Shown here in pieces: positions 11,830 to 23,985 of a stretch of 64,000 bases of DNA. The stretch comes from Cenococcum geophilum (Eukaryota). Positions within the stretch are counted from its first letter, which is position 1. Each line of letters opens with the position of its first letter. Location of the stretch: NCBI GenBank assembly GCA_050273025.1, contig CP158635.1, positions 29,698,001 through 29,762,000 on the forward strand, given 5' to 3'. A model generated the notes under the pieces. It ran no database searches. It was given only the letters and a program-made list of their open reading frames with translations, and was not told where the DNA came from. Made by a program: the position numbers and the translations under genes.

Positions 11830-13398
11830 ATGCACCTCAACGCCCCTCTAACTATCGCCCTCCTCTTTGGGGCGATAGCATCTGCAGCTCCGGCCCCGGC
11901 TTCTCAGGATGGAGCAGCAACCACTACTCTCAGCAGTAGTGCTACGGCCACATTACCCACTGCTGCATCCACGGATACTACAGTTGCCAGTCATCAGTTG
12001 GATTATTTAGCCTCCTTCGCCGCTCAGCAAGCGAATTCATCGGTGGCTTCAACCAGCAGCAAGAACAAGCGAGGAGCTTGCACTCTGAGTAACCTTGCAA
12101 TTCGAAAAGAGTGGTAAGTTAGCGAGCCGTTTACCGAATCCTCATACGTCTTTATTCTTCCAGCTGCCATGACTTTCGTGGGATCTCCTTTCTTCTCATG
12201 GGATTGGTCTGCATTTCATAGATTTCACTGTCAAGCTTGATGAGAGTCCCATCACTCACTCAATGACATCAGGGGTTCATTATCAGCCTCCGAACGCAAG
12301 GCGTATACCAAAGCCGTGCTGTGCTTGCAAAAAAAGCAAGCGAAGACGCCGTCCATCCTCATTCCTGGTGCGCAGAGCCGTTTCGATGACTTTGTCGGCG
12401 CTCACATCAACCAGACGTTGACCATCCACTACACCGTAAGCGATCCTGCATCACCTAACCAAAACGCCGTTACTGTAGTACCGCTATGGCTTTTGTTAAA
12501 CTCACTTCCAGGGTACCTTCTTGGCCTGGCACCGCTACTTCACCTGGTCTTACGAGCAGGCTCTCCGCAACGAATGCGGCTACACTGGTTACCAGCCGTA
12601 CTGGAACTGGGCCAAGACAGCTCAGACCGGCACTGAGAAATCGCCCATCTTTGACGGCTCCGCTACTTCCATGTCCGGCAATGGCGCATACGTCGCCGGC
12701 GAGGGCAATGTTGTGCTGAGCGGCGCCGGCCTTCCTGAGATCATCCTCCCGCACGGCACCGGCGGCGGTTGCGTGACCAGCGGCCCGTTCGTGAACATGT
12801 CCGTTAATCTTGGGCCCGTCGCGCTTGCTCTGACCAATGGCTCTACCGCCAACAACGGCAACGGCCTGTCCTACAACCCTCGCTGCCTGAAGCGCGATCT
12901 CACGACTGCCATCAACCAGCGCTTCGCCAACGCGACCTCGGTCGTGAGCCTGATCCTCAAGCCCGAAGAAATCTACGACTTCCAGATGACTATGCAAGGG
13001 TACCCAGGAAGCGGCGATATTGGCGTTCACGGTGGTGGTATGTTTCCCCGTCCCGGCGTCCACTTCTAACTCCCCTTCTCTGATACTTTCTAACACTACC
13101 ACCAGGCCACTACACTCTCGGCGGCGACCCAGGCCGTGATGTATTTGTCTCGCCCGGCGATCCCATGTTCTACCTCCACCACGGGATGATTGACTACACC
13201 TGGTGGATCTGGCAGATGCTGGACCCGTCCAAGCGCACAAACCAGATCTCGGGCACCGGCACTTTCCTTAACACCCCGCCATCCGCTAACACGACGCTCG
13301 ACACGCCTATTGACTTGGGCTATGCTGCCGGCCCGGCCGTCACCATGCGTGACCTCATGAGCACGACCGAGGGGCCGTTTTGCTACATCTACTTGTGA
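11830..13398 (+). CDS. Secreted tyrosinase-like di-copper protein, 4 exons (11830-12113, 12273-12435, 12512-13037, 13106-13398)
   Basis: Signal peptide; IRKEW, RFDDFVGAH..IHYTGTFLAWHR (CuA), NECGYTGYQPYWNW, GVHGGGH..SPGDPMFYLHH (CuB); canonical GT-AG introns. Confidence 0.92.
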
Positions 13399-13852
13399 TT
13401 GCATTTTCTGGGTTTGGGTTGGGCCTCTAGGGTTTTTTGCGGCATTCATTAAATCAATTTCAGGGGTAGTTTGGGGGTTAAGACTTCAGCGTTGACTGAG
13501 AGTAAGCCTTCGGCCCCTTTTGGACAGAATTTCGAGGTTTAAAGCTCCTCGGCGTGTTACTGTAGATATCCTTCCTGTGACATACTTTAATTACAAACAG
13601 CTTGATATACCTCTTCACTTGATACCTCACTCCATCTGAAATGTAATCCTGAAAAGTGTTGTGGAAATGAATGCGCGGAAGGAAATTTGCCCTTAGTTTG
13701 CTTTAACGAGTCAGTATTGCCGAGTCCGGCATTACAATGCCGCCCTGTCTGCACCTGGCTTCGGCGACCTATGGAGTATTTTATAGCCTTAACTCATTAC
13801 GGCCGGTGTCCGTAAAGTACAGCACACCCTTTTCCCAGACCATGACTTTCAA

Positions 13853-14425
13853 TAGAGGGGTTTCGATAAACTAACGGAAGGCATTCTCACAAAAGGTAAT
13901 GCAATTCGAATCGAGCCGATCGTCGCGCACTAGTAGTATATAGTTAGTAGGACCTTTCGTTAGATTTGATTTTTGGCAAATATCAGAAGTTTTAATGAAT
14001 ATTTTCATCAAAACTTCAATCCAGCCCCCAATTTTGTTTACGGCAGCCAGCGACTCCAAATTTCTCATAGTTAATCCATACCACTATATCTTTAATCCTA
14101 TACGCCATGTTAATTAAACCGTCGAGCTAGTGGAGCAAATGAGGCGTAACGCTGAAGTCGAGCCCAATCGAAGCTACCAACCCTAAAATATTATCACCGA
14201 AACCGTCGAGCAAGCAGTTCGAAGAGAGCGTGATTTAGATAACTCGGCTCCAGCAAAAAACACACGACGTTTAAGCTCGTCCATACTGAGGATATTAATA
14301 TAATTAGTGGCAAGGTGGTTGGTGAGGGCAAGGCTCTCGATTCGCTTCCTATCGAAAATGTAAGCACTAAAACTTAGTGTTACTTTCTGTCAGATACCTT
14401 CCGTCAGTTCATCGAAACCCCTCTA
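13853..14425. mobile_element. Internally deleted Tc1/mariner-like element (MITE-sized)
   Basis: Inverted repeats TAGAGGGGTTTCGATAAACTAACGGAAGG (13853-13881) and CCTTCCGTCAGTTCATCGAAACCCCTCTA (ending 14425) differ only by G>A changes; terminal TA compatible with a TA TSD; minus-strand KGPTNY resembles a Tc1 transposase C-terminus. Confidence 0.7.
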
Positions 14426-15430
14426 ATTAGGGGTTAATATTGCAGTGGAACCGGGTAAATGAGTAACGAGTCTAGCTTGGTGAAAGCTGACGCGTCGCTA
14501 ATCAAATTGGCGGGGTTCTAGGTTCTCTCCCAATGTGTGCCAAGATTTCTTGCACTTTTCGTATATGCACGCCTCTTAAGCTAATCTAGAGGCTCTATAC
14601 TGTATATAGCTTGGTGTCAAAGCCTCTGGTCAGTGCAATTGCTCGGCGGTAGGGGTGTGGGCGCCTCATCTACGCCTTTGACGCTTAAATATTGCGGTGA
14701 GCAGCAGCGATGTGGGTAGGAAGTATAAATCAGTACTCTAACAAAAAAAAAATTTCTAAGAAAAAAAACTGGTCCTGCTGCCAAGAAAAGTATAGGAAAC
14801 CCGGCCATTTTGTCCAATCAGTCTTGTCGAATTGGAGCATTGGGTTTGTCAGATACTAAAGGAGATGTTCTAGAGGGGCATAACAACCGAAGGATGCAAT
14901 TCTTCTGGCCAGACTCGCACGTCCAAGTTCAAACCCGACTGGATCGGGGGATTTCCATGTTTACCCCACCCGTGTTCTGAAGCTTGTTCTACGTAGGGGT
15001 GTGTTAACATGGAGATCCTAGGAATGCTTACGAGAACGTTGCAGCTCGCTTGTATACTATTTTCTTCGACAAGGGTTGATGCTTGGGATCACCGTCGTGA
15101 AATAAACTTGATGGGTTTTCAATAAGCTAGTGAGACTGGAAAAATCCTTGTCCGAGAATTGAAAACAGTATCATTATGAAGTTAATTTTGTCTACGACTG
15201 AAACCACAGCAGATACTCCCAGAATGTCGCACTGAGGTAAAAGAAGTGCAAATACTTTCGTCTTAGTAGAAAGCGTCCAAGTTTCAGACGATGTGCGAGC
15301 AAGGCAAAAAATTGAGCATAACCCCCGAATTCCAGGCATACGATTTCATTGTTAATACTGGAAGATTTCTCCATAAATTGGCCGGAATATGGTCAAAATA
15401 TAGAGCATCCAAAACATTTTACAGATTGAA

Positions 15431-15976
15431 TCAACTCGAGCACTGCTTCGCTACCTCCTCGGCCTTCTTTTTTTTCTCATCTTCAATAAGCGGTCTCATC
15501 TTCTCCATCCTCGACCAACTCTCCTCCGACCAGTAGGCCTTGAGATCATAAAACTCTTTCACAGCCGGGACACCCTCGGGCAGCACGATCCAATCCCGCT
15601 TAGTCGATGTATAGATGTGAATGTTTGGTTGAAAATCGTTCGGCTGATCCAACGTCCCCACTCTGACGAAACTGACGATAGTCCCCCCGCCCGGGTAGTG
15701 GCTCCAGACAGCAACGAAGCACTTCGGACAACGAGCAATTGTCTGACCACGCCCGCTTTCGGAAGGCGTGAGGACGAGGAGGGGCGGGGTGGAAGTTAGA
15801 CGGGTCAGAAGAGAGGACTCGATCAGGGCGTTTTGGGCGAATGCACTGCCAGTCTCACGCTGGCAGTACGTGCAATGACAGCCATGAATTATAAGAGGAG
15901 TTACTTCAATGCGGTAGCGGATAGTGCGGCAGGTGCAACCACCTTCGAGCGGGGTATATGATTCTGTAGTAGCCAT
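15431..15976 (-). CDS. GFA (glutathione-dependent formaldehyde-activating)/CENP-V domain protein
   Basis: Intronless 181 aa ORF; EGGCTC..IRY, CHCTYCQRETGSAF, SESGRGQTIARCPKC, VRVGTLD, HIYTSTKRDW. Confidence 0.9.
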   Translation of the reverse strand: MATTESYTPLEGGCTCRTIRYRIEVTPLIIHGCHCTYCQRETGSAFAQNALIESSLLTRLTSTPPLLVLTPSESGRGQTIARCPKCFVAVWSHYPGGGTIVSFVRVGTLDQPNDFQPNIHIYTSTKRDWIVLPEGVPAVKEFYDLKAYWSEESWSRMEKMRPLIEDEKKKKAEEVAKQCSS

Positions 15977-16949
15977 TGTTAGGCTTTAAATCTCTATGGT
16001 GAGTCTTCAAGCAAGGGATTGAAATGAAGATTGTAAATCAACGAGTTCGAATAAGTCAGCACCCTATAGCAGCAAAATGAGATGCAGAAGCTTCAGATGG
16101 AATCGCGTATGGAGAGGATCTTGCTGAGCAAACCGAGAAAAGAAAGGCGCGGCCAAGGACCGTTGTTGGAATCTGCATTCTTTTCAATTCACAAGATGGA
16201 AGATTCCATGAATCTCCTCACACCCTTTGATCCATTAGCATGCAGATACGAGGGGTTTTTGAGGCAGACGCGACGCACGGCACGATACGAAATACGACCG
16301 AACGCGAAATAACGTGACTCAGTCGGAGCTTGGGCCAATTCACAAAACAACCATCGTCACTAACACACACACGACCGACTTTACTGCTTAGTAATATTAT
16401 TCATATCTTTTTATAATCGGATTACTCCAAGTTGTCAAAATCGAAACCGATATTCTCTAGATAGATATGCGAGAGTAGCCAATCAAATTATGTGATCCCA
16501 AGCCTCACGCCTACTATCGTGACCCAAACCTCTCTCAGTGTCTCTTACAGATCTTGTCGATCCAATGCAGATCAGAAGAAGATAAGGAAGACTCTATCTT
16601 ATTGCAAGAGGCTCTAGAGCCTCACTATATACACTAGGTAGGTGGCAAAAGGCTGATGACGATGCTGACGACGATTTGTAATTGTCTCTCCACCGGTCGA
16701 TATTGCCACTCAGTCGGTAATAGGTAATGAATAGGTAATGGAAACAGGTCGACAGATCTGCATCCAAAGTTGGAGAAACAGTCGACCAGTTTTGGTGCAT
16801 TACGAAAAACAAATAGGAATTGGTGAATATGTTTCACCCATGGGGTTACGGCTACATCCCTCTACCCTTCCGGCCGGGCTCAAATGCAACGTCGGGAAAG
16901 TTTTGTTTTTGCGACAATTTCGTCCTCGCCTACACTGGAAAACTGAGAA

Positions 16950-19900
16950 TCAATCTGAGAGGCATGTCGACATCGTTTCAATACTGGCGCTCTCTACATA
17001 ATTCACCCAACCGGGATATGCGGCTTTGGGAATGATAGCAATTCTATCGCCAGGTTCTATCCGGTCCATCCAGCGGCAGCGCCGTTTGGGAGAGTGCCGC
17101 CCGTAAATAATGCAATATTCTCTCGGTTTAGGGTTTGCATGGACATTCCAGGTCAAGGATCTGTCCTCATTTCCAAAGTCGACCCACTCTCCGTTGTTTC
17201 TCTGGATAGCAACCTCGAACCATGTGCAAGACCCCTCATATGTACCGTGATGTTCGGGATAGCTGCTCCATCCTTGATCGTGACTACGAATTAGGAATTT
17301 GACCTGCCGAACAGGTGCATTCCCGCGACCTTGAACTGGGTCGCTAAGGAGGTATGGCAGACCGAGTTGAGCATCGTTTTGATCAATTCTGATCTTCTGG
17401 GCCTTTGAAGAAGTTGATCTTAGCCAATATCCAGCGTAATCCATGATATCAAGTACCAGCGATCGGCGCAAGGGCGATTTTGCAACACGAAATCGAATCA
17501 GGGCAAACACATCGCAGATATCTTTCGGATTTCGGGGCCAGTATATGAGTTCCTTTCGTACCGCCTGCATTGAACTCTCCGTTTGGAGGATTTGCCAACT
17601 CTTACTTTCAAAACGAGCACCACCAGTTACTAAGGCTGCAGCTGCTTCACGGTACAGACTCTGAATCGCAATTACAAGAGGTGGCCGGCCTGTTTCATCT
17701 TCTACGTCCAGATCGCTCCCGTAATCAACCAACTTTTTGATAGCGGGGACATTATTTTCCCGTGCTGCATCATGTAATGGCAGGGAACCGTCAGACGCTC
17801 TTTTATTAATATCCGCGCCGTAGTTGAGAAGAAGGGTCGTCAGCTCTAAGGTTCCGCGGATCGAAAAATGTAACGCTGTGCGCCCATCTGGCGCCGCTGC
17901 ATTTACATTGGCCCCAGCCTCCAGAAGCATACGCGCCACCTCAACTTTGGGTTTTTGCCTAGCGGCAAGGGTTAGTAAAGGATATCGCCTAGGCTCGTGA
18001 GGCCGGTTCTGCGGCGATAGGCCATTAGCGTTTGCGCCGTTCTTCAGAAGGATGCGAGTAAGTTCTGGAGCCCCTAACATGGCGGCGCAGCAAAGGGGCG
18101 AATTTTCCTCGGGATGTCCGTCAATGTACTTCGCAGCGCCGTACTTCAATAGCAACCCCACTACAGTCAGTACGAATGGGTCGTCTGGATATGGGATCAT
18201 GCTAGCCCGGTAAAGAGGAAGTAGGCAGCCGTAAGTAAGGTTGGGGTCAGCGCCGCTCTCTAGTAAGACCTGCGCAACATCAAAAGGGCCCGGTTGTTTA
18301 TACCTCACCCAGCAATCCACATCAATACTCCAGGAAAGAGCTGTATTCCCGCCCCAGCCCCTCGCATTAATGTCTGCTCCTGACTTAAGCAGAATATCCG
18401 CAGTTCCAACGGAATCTCCTCGAGCGGCCAGCATTAAGGGTGTCTGACGCTCCAAAGTGCGTTGGTTAACATCAGCACCTTGTAACAACCTCTCTGTCAG
18501 GAAGTCGGGGAAGTCGAAAAATGCTGCGATGTGCAGCTCTGGTAGCAAGTCGTTCGCGTCTCCAGAATTCATGAAGCGCTGCCATCGACTGAACCTCCCG
18601 TGTTTGGGACCTTTGAGATGATCCAGCCATTCTCCAAATTCTTTGGCCCCATCCGCGAGACACCCTTGTACGGACGAAATGAGGTTAATGTCTCCTATAG
18701 CTGGGCTAGTCTGCCAAAGGAATTGGTCTCCACGTAGGCGAAGGTATATTTGCAACCACCTGATTGTGTTAGAGATGGATGTGTAGAACCTGTGTAGTGC
18801 TCTCTCGTTTGCAGGGCAGGCTTTTTCTAAATTTTGAAGGAGCGGGAGGAAATGAAGAAACCAGTTCAATGCGGCATACCCGAGTAGAGGGAATGAATCG
18901 ATATACTGCGTAAATTTTTGACTCATCGTATCTCTCGTTTCTCTAGATTGTCCAGAATGGTCGAACTCGACAGCAAATGGTGCAAATGGAATATCTTCGA
19001 AGCAGAGATAAGTAAGGCACGATTGAGCAATGAGTGCATGCGCAGCCCGATGATCAACGACTAAGTCACAGAACGGCTCAGCCATATGGCTAGGGTCCGA
19101 TAGGAAGTCTTTGACAGAAGCATGAACCAAAGTTACTAAGTTTGCAGAGTCGTTCGAATCAACGACTCGGACCAGGGTACCACAACAATGACTGATGGTT
19201 TGCTTCAGCACAGATACATCTACAGTTGTCCAACTAGGCATACGGGGCTGGTCAACAGTGATTTTCAGCACATCAGCAATCTCGCCCAAGGTGAGTGGCC
19301 TTTGTGCGCAAACCAGCCACTGGAAGATAAGTTTTGATCTTGCTCGTAATCGAGGAGAATTTTTCCCCGATAGTGAAGTTAAGATTCGACCATAAAGCTC
19401 ATCCAGACTTTGGGGCAAGTCTTGTAGTGCCTCGAGGTATTCTTCTGCAAAAATTTTCCCAGGCTCAGCAATGTTCTTTATCATCTGGTCTGCCCACTGG
19501 AACATTCCTTGTGCTCCCTCTTGTAACTTTGAGATTATAGCATATTCAATATCGTTACCCGGGAGACTCAATGACCTCACCTCTGTCTCTATGAAGCGTT
19601 TGATGTCGGGATCGGTATCTGTCTCTGTGATCTGAAGCCTTGCCCACCGCTGAGAATCTAGAGCTTTACTCAGTCCAATTGATAAGTCATTGAGTTCGCG
19701 GCTGAAAACTAATATTTTCGCGTGGCTGGAAATTAAAGCCAAAGACTGGCAAATCTTCGCCCTTTCACCGGCATCACACTCATCAAGTCCATCCAAAACG
19801 AGGATGCGTCTCGCGCTAGCTTTCCGGAGAAGGATACTGAGACAATCTTCCATGTTCACACGGTTTGGCTCCGCTCCGGTATTGTAGATCTTTTCTACTT

Positions 19901-20807
19901 CTTCCAGACCATCATCACTCTGCAGCAGCAGTTGCCATGACCAAGTTCGTAGAACAGCAACCACCTCACGAGTGTCCGCTCTATTAGTGTCACAATAGAA
20001 GTATCCGACGATATGTTCATGGAGTAGCCTTTGTATAGCGCAAGCTGCAAGTGTTGTTTTTCCGGCACCGGGAATCCCAGTTATCCAGAGTAAGGAGGAG
20101 GATTCATTTGTCCCGGTAAATTGAGACCAGCTTAAGTACTCGGGTCTGCCGAAGAGCCATTCGCAAGAACCATCCAGCATACCCAGGAGTGAGTCTTTGT
20201 AGGTCTCTTCTACGCAGACCGGCTTCAGCCATCGTAAAACGTGCTGGCGAGTGCCAGGATCCTTGTCCTTCTCGTTTTCTACAAAGTATGTGGTAAGGGT
20301 AGTCTGAATCACCGATTGTACCGTATTTACAACATTAATGGAGAGGTTTGATAAGCTCGTAGAAAGCCCAGAAACCATGATGAGCGTGTGAAGACCTAGG
20401 TTGAGCTGGATGTCCTGAAGCGGAATAGCAATTCGACTACGAAGTTCATTAACTTGCTCAGCAACGAAAAGACCGTATTCAACTTTCTTCGGCCCAGTGC
20501 TTAAGAACCTTTTGAAGCTTTTGCTGTCGCTCCTGCCTAATGCCGTCTGAAACTTAGCGCTGAGCTTTTGTTGCATTTCCATTACAGGATCTCGAATAGC
20601 TTTCGTCTGGATCTCAAGAGCTTTTGGCAAAGAGCCATCCTGTATGCTTTGCTTGATCTTTTCTAGAGTCGCTGCAAGTGACTCAAGAAAAAGGCTGTCT
20701 TCTTGATAAGTGGCGGCAGCTCCATTACTATCTCGTAGAGCCTTGCCAACCTGAAAAAGTATCTCAACTGCCTTAGCCAAATCGCCAACAGACCAGCCAA
20801 AGGACAT
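16950..20807 (-). CDS. Fungal NLR-like protein: N-terminal SesA/HeLo-like helical domain, NACHT NTPase, ankyrin repeats, extra C-terminal domain
   Basis: ATG at 20807 (MSFGWSVGDL); Walker A GIPGAGKT, Walker B ILVLDGLDEC, winged-helix AQRPLTLGEI and LVHASVKDFL; ankyrin motifs TPLMLAA, GRTALH, LPLHDAA; C-terminal SHDQGW..TWFE..PGWVNYV; intronless. Confidence 0.92.
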   Translation of the reverse strand: MSFGWSVGDLAKAVEILFQVGKALRDSNGAAATYQEDSLFLESLAATLEKIKQSIQDGSLPKALEIQTKAIRDPVMEMQQKLSAKFQTALGRSDSKSFKRFLSTGPKKVEYGLFVAEQVNELRSRIAIPLQDIQLNLGLHTLIMVSGLSTSLSNLSINVVNTVQSVIQTTLTTYFVENEKDKDPGTRQHVLRWLKPVCVEETYKDSLLGMLDGSCEWLFGRPEYLSWSQFTGTNESSSLLWITGIPGAGKTTLAACAIQRLLHEHIVGYFYCDTNRADTREVVAVLRTWSWQLLLQSDDGLEEVEKIYNTGAEPNRVNMEDCLSILLRKASARRILVLDGLDECDAGERAKICQSLALISSHAKILVFSRELNDLSIGLSKALDSQRWARLQITETDTDPDIKRFIETEVRSLSLPGNDIEYAIISKLQEGAQGMFQWADQMIKNIAEPGKIFAEEYLEALQDLPQSLDELYGRILTSLSGKNSPRLRARSKLIFQWLVCAQRPLTLGEIADVLKITVDQPRMPSWTTVDVSVLKQTISHCCGTLVRVVDSNDSANLVTLVHASVKDFLSDPSHMAEPFCDLVVDHRAAHALIAQSCLTYLCFEDIPFAPFAVEFDHSGQSRETRDTMSQKFTQYIDSFPLLGYAALNWFLHFLPLLQNLEKACPANERALHRFYTSISNTIRWLQIYLRLRGDQFLWQTSPAIGDINLISSVQGCLADGAKEFGEWLDHLKGPKHGRFSRWQRFMNSGDANDLLPELHIAAFFDFPDFLTERLLQGADVNQRTLERQTPLMLAARGDSVGTADILLKSGADINARGWGGNTALSWSIDVDCWVRYKQPGPFDVAQVLLESGADPNLTYGCLLPLYRASMIPYPDDPFVLTVVGLLLKYGAAKYIDGHPEENSPLCCAAMLGAPELTRILLKNGANANGLSPQNRPHEPRRYPLLTLAARQKPKVEVARMLLEAGANVNAAAPDGRTALHFSIRGTLELTTLLLNYGADINKRASDGSLPLHDAARENNVPAIKKLVDYGSDLDVEDETGRPPLVIAIQSLYREAAAALVTGGARFESKSWQILQTESSMQAVRKELIYWPRNPKDICDVFALIRFRVAKSPLRRSLVLDIMDYAGYWLRSTSSKAQKIRIDQNDAQLGLPYLLSDPVQGRGNAPVRQVKFLIRSHDQGWSSYPEHHGTYEGSCTWFEVAIQRNNGEWVDFGNEDRSLTWNVHANPKPREYCIIYGRHSPKRRCRWMDRIEPGDRIAIIPKAAYPGWVNYVESASIETMSTCLSD

Positions 20808-21643
20808 ATTGGGATGTGCAATAGGTCTGGGCGAATGTAATTGAAACAATCAAGACAAAGCTTGAACGATGGAAGACCCGGAAGTACCCCGCGCAGCTGA
20901 GAAGTAGTAAGAATAACACTAGCGCCTTTTCATTTAGCGAGTTGGATTGGGGGCCTATTTTTGTTACGATGCCTCTTAAAAATTCCTAACCTTTTAATCG
21001 GTGGCACGCTATGAATACTCTCCTAGCACTAATCCACTGCTTAAATATATTAGTAAAAATAGAAATCAAGACAAAATATTTACCTGTTATGTTTTTTATA
21101 AAATGTGGTCAAGGTTAGTTCACATTTATGTTCTAAAATACGCGTAGTTGAAGCTCTCACAATGTCGCCCTATAGCGTGGTGAATTGAAATACCTCTTCG
21201 AGTCCTGTGGAGGACACTCTTACAACTTAGCTTTGAAAGCGGTTACCCGAGTATTTTTCCTTCTCGCCACTGATCCAATATCGACTTCCTCGCACATTGA
21301 CCTTAAGGTCACCATCCCCGGCAATAACTACGATACGATGAGCAGACTCAGGATCGTTACTTGTACCTTCGCGACCAAAATAGAGGGGGACATCGTTCCA
21401 CCATCCGTGAATTATTCATGTGACAAATCCTGAAAATTAGAGAGAAACTGTAATCAGAAAATAAATGGTGAGACTCCGAAGTTTGCACTCGAATGTTCAT
21501 ATTTACGAAGCACAGGAACAATGGAGATAATGTTTAGTACTCTTATAGGAAGCTTGCACAGGATATGACTTCTCCAGGTATGGGAACGGTTGTTTCGAGG
21601 CATAGGTACTAGTAGAGAAGTGAGTTATTTATGTCTAATCTTT

Positions 21644-22430
21644 CTACACTAACCAACCACCTGATTTTTCATCCGGAATCGTCACGTCCCCAATACCGTC
21701 CTTAGGAATGGGCCTTTCCGTTCTGCAAAGCCAGAAACACCACCCTTCCAATGGTCTGAATAAGAGCAAAATCTCATTTATCTTCTGGCTCAGCACAGGG
21801 ATTACTGCGCCCACAATCGCATCTAGTACAAAATGATTTGCTGTCGCCAAAATCGTCAGAAGCAGAGCTAGAGGCCAAAGTGGAGCTAATCAACGGAGTC
21901 GAGTATTGGGGGCGAATCTCCATAAGCAAACCCCAATATACGCCGAAGTGCCAAATGGAGACTAGGCATTGCGGCTATGGTAAACTGGAACTGGTTCTGC
22001 GTCCATGCGCTCTGTGGACCATTGCGCAAGACGTCGACGAAGCCGAACTCTGGTGGGAGTAGTTGAGGTGGCATGCAGCGCCAGCTTGTGATAATAATGA
22101 AAGCGAAGAATTTATCCATAGAAATTGTTCGACGAATCCTCTCGAACTGGCAAAGAGGAAGGAAAGTGTAGGTGTATACAATGAACATCACACTGACGAT
22201 GATGTGGAAAAAGTATACCTTGGCTAGGATAGGCATTAGCTATGGCGAGCTGCAGAGAATGTATCCCTGGATCTGCTGCTCCATATCGATTCCCGACCCC
22301 CTCTCCACAAGGCGTGCGATTGGGCGAGAAACCGAACGGTTTCATTATTGCGAATAAGATATGCGGAGTAAGCACGAGCGAGTTGGTATGACTTTGAATG
22401 TAAGTCTTCGATTAAATTTGGGGACATGGC
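21644..22430 (-). pseudogene. Disrupted Aur1/Ipt1-like (PAP2_3) membrane phosphotransferase
   Basis: YQLARA, WRCMPP, FGFVDVL, IAAMPSLH and ATANHFVLDA motifs spread over several frames; in-frame TAG at 22240-22242; one-base loss after MPSLH (~21950) breaks the expected SLHFG. Confidence 0.8.
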
Positions 22431-23985
22431 TCTTCTTCTGCTCTTCTACATAATCTTCGCCTGTTTACAATAGCACTAACAGTGAAAGCAAGTACAATTG
22501 GTATAGAATTGTCAATAGGTATGTGAAAACATGAAATGCCACCTACTCACAAACAGGTTTAATAGTATTCTCGAAGATATCCATAGCTACGGTGGCTTAG
22601 GTGGAGTTGGTAGGATAGGAATAGCTGGATGTTAAGGTCGCGTGCTCATTTTCTGTAAGCGGCTGGAGAAAGACCTTTCATATACATGCTTGAGATTGGC
22701 CCGCGAGATAGGTACTACGTGGATCAGCTTTACCGTTCAAGCTACTGGGATTATGAAACGCAGGACTAAACTCAGTAGCTCTGGCGAATATGACAAAGAA
22801 ATCAGCGTGGGATGCGGAGACTCAAACGGGCGCTCGGCAGCTTCTTTTAGAAGAAGCGCTACATCATACGTTAATGCATGAAGGAATTTGATGGGATAGT
22901 GGCCAATAGGATAGCACCAAGGAGATAATTGAGATGAGGAACGAGCACTAGTTACAGGCCCAGATGTACCTCGCGGGTAGCGAGTCGAACCGTTGTTACT
23001 AGTAGACGGGTAGCATAACTCGGAGATAGGAATACGTACGCCCTATGGGCTCACCACCCAATATCGTTCGATAGGTTTGGCCACTCGGCACTTGGCCAAT
23101 GACCAATTAATTGAAACCGCTTCGTCTGATCCATTGACCTGTTTTAACGCTCCGGATGCTCGTGGGTTGGCTCCGGGGCGACCATTGGTAGTGTGTCTTT
23201 TGCATTACTGGCATCGTAGAATTCCTGAATAATTTCGCTGGCAGGCACGCAAGATACACGTCTTTCCAAATCTTCGTAATTGATGTTTTGCTCCCGTTTA
23301 ACTCTTCAGCAGTCTTCATCTAACATGGCGATATCTACATACTTCTTGTACTGCATGGGCGCTAGAGATTTTTTACGTGGAATTGTACGTTTCGAAGATT
23401 TGGGTCGTTCCCACCAGCGAAATACTCACAGGTGGTATTTACGAGCGTCATGTACGTAGGCGGAGACGGAAGAGCGCCTGCGGCTATTGAGTCAGTCAAG
23501 TGATGAGGGTAAGACCATTGTGGGCAGAGCCTACTAGAATTGTGGTTTCATTGCTCTGCTGGATTGTTGAGCGATGTTATGGTGTTTTTAATAGCGGCAG
23601 AAAATAAATCATTCTGGAACGTCAAAAGATGTCCCCGCTTGGTAACGGCTCCTGCCAATCCAGACATTTAGTTAAAAACAAAGAACATTTTTCGGAGTAT
23701 GTGTGCATACAGGTGATCCTTATTCTTAAGAAACACGCTACAAGGCTGAACATAGAGAGTGAGAACGGTTTGATGAATCAATAAAACATCCTAGATATGT
23801 AATAACTATCCCCCGTACCTCGCCACACTCGCCTCATTTAAACAAGGCACAAGGCTGAGATCGCTTGACTTCGGCCAAGCCTTCCAAACTCGGGGTCCTG
23901 ACATTCAACACCACGCGCCCATAACCACCTGCACCCCCCGCCTCCGCTCACCTCACCCTCCATCTTTCAGCCAACTACTCTCAAG

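Noticed and set aside
12470..13240. 256-aa minus-strand ORF
   Set aside because: Shadow of tyrosinase exon 3 with strong codon bias; no motifs.
14900..14960. tRNA suggested by GTTCAAACCC
   Set aside because: No cloverleaf stems or A-box found.
15431..23900. Starship element carrying the NLR and GFA genes
   Set aside because: No DUF3435 tyrosine recombinase or boundary repeats recognised in the window.
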